From NCBI GenBank assembly GCA_001799715.1, contig MGTZ01000020.1:11115-75114 (forward strand): DNA of 64,000 bases, in the 5' to 3' direction. Source of the stretch: Elusimicrobia bacterium GWB2_63_16. GTDB taxonomy: Bacteria; Elusimicrobiota; Elusimicrobia; Elusimicrobiales; UBA9959. Below the pieces are notes generated by a model. The model ran no database searches and was not told the DNA's origin. It worked only from the letters and a program-made list of their open reading frames with translations. A program made the translations under genes and the position numbers. Below are positions 58,332-64,000 of the stretch, piece by piece. Within the stretch, counting starts at the first letter, position 1; every line of letters starts with the position of its first letter.

Positions 58332-61300
58332 ATGGGAAATCGCATATTCCCGGCCGCCTTGTTGGCATGCCTGTTTACCGTACAGGCGGCGGCCCAAAAA
58401 ACAGCGGGAGACATAACCGTGCTCGGTGACGCGGCGGACTACTCGTCCGCCAGCGCGGGGCAGTCGCATGCCGACGGCAAGGTAGTGCAGGGGGGGCTGG
58501 CGGGCGCGGCCCACGGCTCGCAGGAGTTCCACAGCGCGGGCACCGACATCGTGCTGGAGTCTGGTTTCTACTCGCGGCTCGTCTCGTCGGCAGCGGTCTT
58601 CGGCTACGCCGCGCAGGGGATCAGCAGTTATACGCTGGCCTGGACCGACCAGGGCTGGCCGTATCCCGCCAATCCCCCGGGCACCACTTACGACCTCTTC
58701 CTCTCCACCTGGGCGGAGGCGGACCCGTACATGGTCTCCTATTCCACCGACGAACACGGCTACCCGGTGGAGGGTCTGGCCCCCAACACCAGCTACTACA
58801 ACTTCCTGTTCGCCAACTATATGGAGGGCGACTATTCAGCCTATTCCTCTTCTACCGCGGTGACGATGGCGGCCGTGCCTTCCACCGGGGCATTTACGCT
58901 GACCGACGCTGGTCACAGTACCCTGGGGCTCACCTTCGCCTCCTCCGGCAACCCGCCGCCGTTCCTTGAGGCCGCCTGGCTGACGGCCCTGCCGCCCGCC
59001 GGCACGCTGCCGGCGCCGCGCACCGGCGCCGCGGCGGTGGTCTACGGTTCGCACGTGTACTTGAGCGGCGGGTTCGACGGGGTCTATTATTCAAGCGCCA
59101 TCTTCCGCGCCGAGACCTATGCTGACGGCACGCTGGGCCCCTGGGGCCTTGCCGGTTTCATGCCGGCCGCCCTCTACGGCCACCAGGCGGTGGCCGCGCG
59201 CGGCCGCCTTTACATCCTGGGCGGTTCCGGCTTCGGCGCGGCGCACGACGAGGTCTGGTCGGCCGATATCTCCTCGGCGGGCGCGCTCGGCTCCTGGGAG
59301 GCAGAGCCTAAACTGAACGCCCCCGTTTATTTCCACGCCGCGGCGCTGGCGGGGGGCAGGATATACGTGGCGGGCGGCTACATGCCCGGTTCCGGCGTCT
59401 TGAACAGTCTCCGCTACGCGGCTATCGGGCCCGACGGAACGTTGTCGGACTGGCAGGCGGCGGGCAGCGTTCCGGCCCCGCGCTACGGGCATTCCCTGAC
59501 GCTCCTGGAAGACCGCCTGCTGCTGGCCGGCGGCAACGACGGTTCTTCGGCCAGAGCCGAAACCTGGACCTATTCCCCGGCCGGGGACGCCTGGACGCCC
59601 TATACGCAGCTGCCCTCCCCGCGCTTCGGCCATGCCGCCGCCGCCGTTGAGAACAGGCTTTATGTTTTCGGCGGCAATAACGGTTACGCCTCGCAGTCCC
59701 ACGTGTTCCACAGCAGCGTGCCGGCCGCGGGAACCGCGCCCTGGGCGGCGGGGGAACCGATACCGGCCGCGCGCCAGTTCTCCGCCGTGGCCCTGACCGG
59801 GGGCCGCCTCCACCTCATAGGCGGAGCGTCGGGCTCGGTCCCCTCGGATTCCGTCTGCTCGGCGGTGGTACTGGGCGCGGAGTACCAGGCCGAAGTGGCC
59901 GAGAACGCCGGCTTTATAGGCGCCAAATCCTCGAGCTGGTCCGCCAGCCCGGCCTTCGCCTTTACCGAACTGAAGCCCGGCACGCAGTATTACTACCGGG
60001 CGCGGGCCCGCAACTGGTCCGGGGTCGCCACCGTTTTTTCCCTGAGCGGGTCCACCTTCACCTACGCCGCTGTGCCCGGTACCGCCCCCTGGACCAATGT
60101 CTGGGTCTCTTCCGCGACGCTGAACTGGACGGCCAACGGCAACCCGGCGGGCAGCGACTACGCCGTGGTCTACTCCTCCTACCCGGACTACTCCTACCCG
60201 CAGGGCATGAGCGCGGCGGGCGCTCTTTCTGCGGGCCTGACCGGCCTGCAGCAGAGCACCACCTATTACGCCAAGGTCCGCCTGCAGGACGGGGACCTGC
60301 TGTCGCGCTACGCCGAACTGCCGCCCGTGCGGACCGGCTTCGACCCGGCCCTGGACGTCAGCAGCCCCACTATAGACAGCAACCAGGGGGATATCCCCGG
60401 CTGGCAATCCACCAACACCTTCCTCTGCGACGTGGACTTCGCCGATGTCGGCGCGGCCGGCTTGGACCGGATAGAACTGCGCATTTCGACCCAGGCCGCG
60501 GACCCGGCCAGCTTCGTCGGTGAGTGGACGCCGGCAATCACGGCCATCAATCAGGATGCCTACACCGCTGACTGGCGCCTGACCCAGCAGGTCTGGGAGG
60601 CCATGCTCGACGGCGCCTCCAACTATGTTTCCGTCCGCGCCTATGACCGCTCCGGCAACCGCGGCGAGGAACTGGAACTCTTCATGGTGCGCAAGGACAC
60701 TACGCCCCCGGCGATAGCGGTCGGTTACGCGGCCCCTGCGGCCTGGCAGATAGATTATCCCGGAGACGTGACGCCCCTGGACTTCGGCGACCCGCTGTCG
60801 GGCCTGGCCCGGGTGCAGTATAGCGTCAGCGCCTCCAAGAACTTCGCGGACGGCGCCGTGATACCGTGGACGGATATCGCCGGGCTGACCCCCGGCGCCA
60901 CCTGGTACCGCCCCACGCTGACTTACAGCTTCAACGCGCTGGCCAACGCGACCTCCAATTACTTCAGCTTCAGGGCGGTGGACGTGGCCGGCTCCACCCG
61001 CACGCTCACCGACGCCTTCGGCATAGCCAAGAACGTCAGCGGCCCCATAGTGGATATCTCCACGCCCACGGCCCTGTTCCTGTCCACGTTCACGCGGGTT
61101 TCCGGCGACACGGCCGAGACCAACTTCCACCAGGTGATGGGCACCGAGGTCTCCATCCGCGACCTTACGAGCCTGCTTTACTACAACGCCGGAGCTTTCC
61201 TCTCCGGCTCGCACGCCTGGCAGGACGCGCAGGATTTCCCCAGCAGCTATACCATAGTCTTCCAGAATCTGCCGCTGATCAGCGGCCGCCAGTACCAGGT

Positions 61301-62945
61301 GGTGGCCCGCTCTTCCGACGCGGCAGGGGACTACTCGCAGCTGTTCGCCACCCACACCTTCACTTTCGACGCGGACGCCCCGGCCGCCGCGGTGCTGTAC
61401 CCCGCCGACGGCTCCACCGCGGCCTCCCTGGCCGCCGTCAGCGGCACGGCCGCCGACCCGCAGTCCGGCATAAGCGCCGTGGACGTGGCGCTGCGCCGCC
61501 TCTCCGACGGGAAATGGTGGAAGAACTCCGTTTCCGAATGGGCCGACGCCCCCGAGCCGCTGCAGGCCGGTACCACGCCGTACTGGACCTGGAATTTCCA
61601 GCCCTACCTGCGCGACGCGCTGGTGCACGGCGCTTCCTATTACGTCACCGTGCGCGCCTCCGACCTGGCCGTGCCGGTGAATACCGGCGCGTTCCACCTG
61701 TCCGGCTCCACGTTCACCTACGCCGACGCCACGCCGCCGCCGCCCACGGCCGGCCTGGCCGCGGTACCCGGGGCTTTCAGCGGCGCCGTCAACCTCTCCT
61801 GGCCCTCCGCCGGTGATAACGCGGCCGGCGGCTACCTGCTGGCGGGCCTCTACAAGATCGCCTATTCCACCTATACCGGCGCGCCCGCCTCCACGGCTAC
61901 GGCCCAGGTAAGTATTGCCACGGCTTCCGTTACCGCCGGCAGTACCCGGTACTGGACCCTGACCGGCCTGGACCCGGCCGCGGCCTACTATTTCACGCTC
62001 TGGACCGCCGACGACGCGCAGAACTGGTCCGCGGTCTCCAACGAGGCCTCGGCCCTGAGCGGGGCCCCCGACAGCGGCGCCCTGACCGGCCGCGTCACGG
62101 ACGCCTCCGCCCAGCCCCTGACCGGCGTGCTCGTGGAGGCCCGCTCCCCCGCAGGGGCGCTGGAGGGCAGCGACTACACGGACGCCTTCGGCGCCTATTC
62201 CATCCCCGGCGTGGACTCGCTCTACGTCAATATCCGGGCGGTCTGGACCGCGCAGGACATAGAGAGCTCGGTCACCAAGGACAATGTGCCCAACGGCTCC
62301 TCGAACGTCAACTTCAGCCTGAGCGTCTCCTACCAGCTGGCCAGCATCCTCGGCGTGATCCCGGCGAACTATCTGCCGGCCTCCTCCGGCGCTAGGCCCG
62401 CCTCCGCGCGCTATACCACGCGTGAGACCCGGACCTCTTCCGGCGCCGAACCCTTCGTGGAACTGTACAGCCGCGGCCGCCGCATAGGCGCGGCTTACAC
62501 CGACGCCGGCGGCTCGTTCGAGATCCCGAACCTGCTGCCCGGCACCTACTCGCTGCGCGTCTTCAACGGTTCGGAGTTCAGCCGGCTGGAGACGGTGAAG
62601 CTCGGGCCCGGCGAACGGCTGGTCTTCTCGCCGCAGTGGGACCTGCTCAACAAGGCCGGCGTCTTCGCCTATCCCAATCCGGCCAGCACCGAGGTGCACT
62701 TCCATTTCTCGCCGTCCGCGGTCTCCTTCGAGGCCGAGGTGCAGATCTTCGACATCTCCGGGCGCCTGGTCAGGACGCTCGACGCCCACGCGCCGGACCT
62801 GGCGCAGCTCGGCGGCAGACGCCTTACCTGGGACCTGGTCCGCGACGGCGCGGCGCCGGGCGTGTATCTCTATGTGCTGCGTGTTAAGGATGTTTCCACC
62901 GGACGAGCCGAGAAGGTGGTAAAGAAGTTCGCGGTGGTGAGGTAG
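58332..62945 (+). CDS. Secreted Kelch-propeller + FN3/Ig-repeat protein with T9SS-type-A-like C-terminal domain (paralogue of 42410)
   Basis: Six Kelch repeats (VYLSGG, LYILGG, IYVAGG, LLLAGG, LYVFGG, LHLIGG); FN3 units; VFAYPNP..IFDISGRLVR..W..APGVYLY..VVKKFAVVR. Confidence 0.82.
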   Translation: MGNRIFPAALLACLFTVQAAAQKTAGDITVLGDAADYSSASAGQSHADGKVVQGGLAGAAHGSQEFHSAGTDIVLESGFYSRLVSSAAVFGYAAQGISSYTLAWTDQGWPYPANPPGTTYDLFLSTWAEADPYMVSYSTDEHGYPVEGLAPNTSYYNFLFANYMEGDYSAYSSSTAVTMAAVPSTGAFTLTDAGHSTLGLTFASSGNPPPFLEAAWLTALPPAGTLPAPRTGAAAVVYGSHVYLSGGFDGVYYSSAIFRAETYADGTLGPWGLAGFMPAALYGHQAVAARGRLYILGGSGFGAAHDEVWSADISSAGALGSWEAEPKLNAPVYFHAAALAGGRIYVAGGYMPGSGVLNSLRYAAIGPDGTLSDWQAAGSVPAPRYGHSLTLLEDRLLLAGGNDGSSARAETWTYSPAGDAWTPYTQLPSPRFGHAAAAVENRLYVFGGNNGYASQSHVFHSSVPAAGTAPWAAGEPIPAARQFSAVALTGGRLHLIGGASGSVPSDSVCSAVVLGAEYQAEVAENAGFIGAKSSSWSASPAFAFTELKPGTQYYYRARARNWSGVATVFSLSGSTFTYAAVPGTAPWTNVWVSSATLNWTANGNPAGSDYAVVYSSYPDYSYPQGMSAAGALSAGLTGLQQSTTYYAKVRLQDGDLLSRYAELPPVRTGFDPALDVSSPTIDSNQGDIPGWQSTNTFLCDVDFADVGAAGLDRIELRISTQAADPASFVGEWTPAITAINQDAYTADWRLTQQVWEAMLDGASNYVSVRAYDRSGNRGEELELFMVRKDTTPPAIAVGYAAPAAWQIDYPGDVTPLDFGDPLSGLARVQYSVSASKNFADGAVIPWTDIAGLTPGATWYRPTLTYSFNALANATSNYFSFRAVDVAGSTRTLTDAFGIAKNVSGPIVDISTPTALFLSTFTRVSGDTAETNFHQVMGTEVSIRDLTSLLYYNAGAFLSGSHAWQDAQDFPSSYTIVFQNLPLISGRQYQVVARSSDAAGDYSQLFATHTFTFDADAPAAAVLYPADGSTAASLAAVSGTAADPQSGISAVDVALRRLSDGKWWKNSVSEWADAPEPLQAGTTPYWTWNFQPYLRDALVHGASYYVTVRASDLAVPVNTGAFHLSGSTFTYADATPPPPTAGLAAVPGAFSGAVNLSWPSAGDNAAGGYLLAGLYKIAYSTYTGAPASTATAQVSIATASVTAGSTRYWTLTGLDPAAAYYFTLWTADDAQNWSAVSNEASALSGAPDSGALTGRVTDASAQPLTGVLVEARSPAGALEGSDYTDAFGAYSIPGVDSLYVNIRAVWTAQDIESSVTKDNVPNGSSNVNFSLSVSYQLASILGVIPANYLPASSGARPASARYTTRETRTSSGAEPFVELYSRGRRIGAAYTDAGGSFEIPNLLPGTYSLRVFNGSEFSRLETVKLGPGERLVFSPQWDLLNKAGVFAYPNPASTEVHFHFSPSAVSFEAEVQIFDISGRLVRTLDAHAPDLAQLGGRRLTWDLVRDGAAPGVYLYVLRVKDVSTGRAEKVVKKFAVVR

Positions 62946-62990
62946 GCCGCCGCCGGCCGCGGGTAAATTAATATAATTTAAGGCTCAATA

Positions 62991-64000
62991 ATGCGTAAAC
63001 TTGCCGTACTCATACTTTTCTCCCTCGTCTGCCAGGCCCGGCCGCTGCTGGCGCAGGACGCCGCCAGCCTGCAGTTCACGGTGGCCGCGCCCGACCCGGT
63101 GATGGCCGGCGAGGAAGTGACGCTGCAGACGCTCGCCGTCAACAGCGGCGCCTCCGTGTGGGAGCGCGGGAGCTACTACTGGATAGGCGAGGTGTACGCC
63201 ATAGAGGGGGAGGGCCGCCGTTTCCTGACCCAGACGGCCAGCGTGTCGCCGGCCGAGGACGTGGCCCCCGGCGCGGCGCAGGGCGTGCAGCTGCTCTTCC
63301 GCGTGCCCGACAATCTGGCCGGCCGCCGCCTGCTCTACCGCGTGTTCCTCATCAAGGACGGCCGCCGCATCCTCGAAACGGATTTTAAAGGCTTCCAGGT
63401 CATAGAGAAGGAATTGCGCTACACTATCCCCGAGGATTTCAAGATCGGCGGCGACGTCTCCTTCACCTACAAGAACAACAGCCGCGACGGCTGGGACCAC
63501 CACCAGGGCATCACGTCGGCCAACCTCGTGGGCAAGATCCGCCAGTCCTCTTTCCTGTTCAATACCTACGTGGTGCACACCTACCACCGGCCGATCACGC
63601 CCACTATCGTGCTGCTCAACTACTACGCCCCGTGGGGCACCCTGAGCATCGGCGACATCTCGCCGACCCTGACGCCGCTGTCGATGGACGGGCAGGGGAT
63701 GCGCGGCGTCTCGTTCGAGCGGGCCCGGGGGAGATACTCGCTGCTGGCCCTGGTGGGACGCATCGTGGCGCCGGAGGAGCCGGGCCCCAACAGCGGCGGC
63801 CGCTTCGCGCGCTACACCAGCGGCCTGAAGGCAGGCTGGCAGTTCCGGCCCAACCTCAAGGTCTCGGTGGACGCGGTGATGAGCCGCGACGATATGCATT
63901 CCATCAACATCACCACCGCTGCGCTGACCATAAAGCCGCAGCAGACCGTGGTCTACGGCCTCAACGCCGAGTGGAAGTTCCTGAAAGCTTTCTCCCTGAA
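62991..64000 (+). CDS. Secreted protein with N-terminal Ig-like domain followed by outer-membrane beta-barrel strands; truncated at window end
   Basis: Open frame from ATG 62991 to the window end (absent from ORF track as it has no stop): MRKLAVLILFSLVCQARPLLAQ, VNSGASVW..VAPG, KIGGDVSFTY, LSIGDISPTLTPLSMDGQGMRGVSF, YGLNAEWKF; TATAAT at 62972-62977. Confidence 0.75.
   Translation, partial: MRKLAVLILFSLVCQARPLLAQDAASLQFTVAAPDPVMAGEEVTLQTLAVNSGASVWERGSYYWIGEVYAIEGEGRRFLTQTASVSPAEDVAPGAAQGVQLLFRVPDNLAGRRLLYRVFLIKDGRRILETDFKGFQVIEKELRYTIPEDFKIGGDVSFTYKNNSRDGWDHHQGITSANLVGKIRQSSFLFNTYVVHTYHRPITPTIVLLNYYAPWGTLSIGDISPTLTPLSMDGQGMRGVSFERARGRYSLLALVGRIVAPEEPGPNSGGRFARYTSGLKAGWQFRPNLKVSVDAVMSRDDMHSINITTAALTIKPQQTVVYGLNAEWKFLKAFSL

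Noticed and set aside
62695-62712. HFS motif in the Kelch protein as a second autocleavage site
   Set aside because: Lies inside a CTD beta-strand (EVHFHFSP), not at the end of a ZU5-like domain.
59091-62789. Very long opposite-strand ORFs (also 2989-5106, 11482-13677, 15117-16961, 27850-29715, 33827-35704, 35809-37716, 43964-46429)
   Set aside because: Shadow frames of well-supported genes caused by GC3 bias; no motifs.

Overview
High-GC bacterial chromosomal window with about 39 real CDS; most long overlapping ORFs in the track are antisense or off-frame shadows. An Elusimicrobiota-like host is inferred from gene style only, not proven. 1-42 kb is mostly housekeeping, envelope and scavenging genes: HRDC fragment, a TIR-flanked RAYT-type transposase, ygiQ, rocD, murB, alpha-2-macroglobulin, M6/M18/M1-M28 peptidases, nagZ, lepB, nupC, a divergent apbE, a divergent deoB and pullulanase. 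The standout is a co-oriented ~21.6 kb surface-structure locus (42410 to the window end): FN3 protein with a T9SS-like C-terminal domain (CTD), Ig/CARDB/PrcB protein, secreted FecR-domain protein, PorV-like barrel, a 2854-aa cassette-built phage-fibre-like adhesin ending in C1q, a Kelch/FN3 paralogue with CTD, and a large truncated beta-barrel. A second CTD cargo + PorV-like pair lies at 13.7-19.1 kb. Together these suggest a T9SS-related export and fibre-display system in an apparently non-Bacteroidota host (inference). Also seen: a ~330-nt structured intergenic element and several likely leaderless promoters. No rRNA, tRNA or CRISPR array was recognised.
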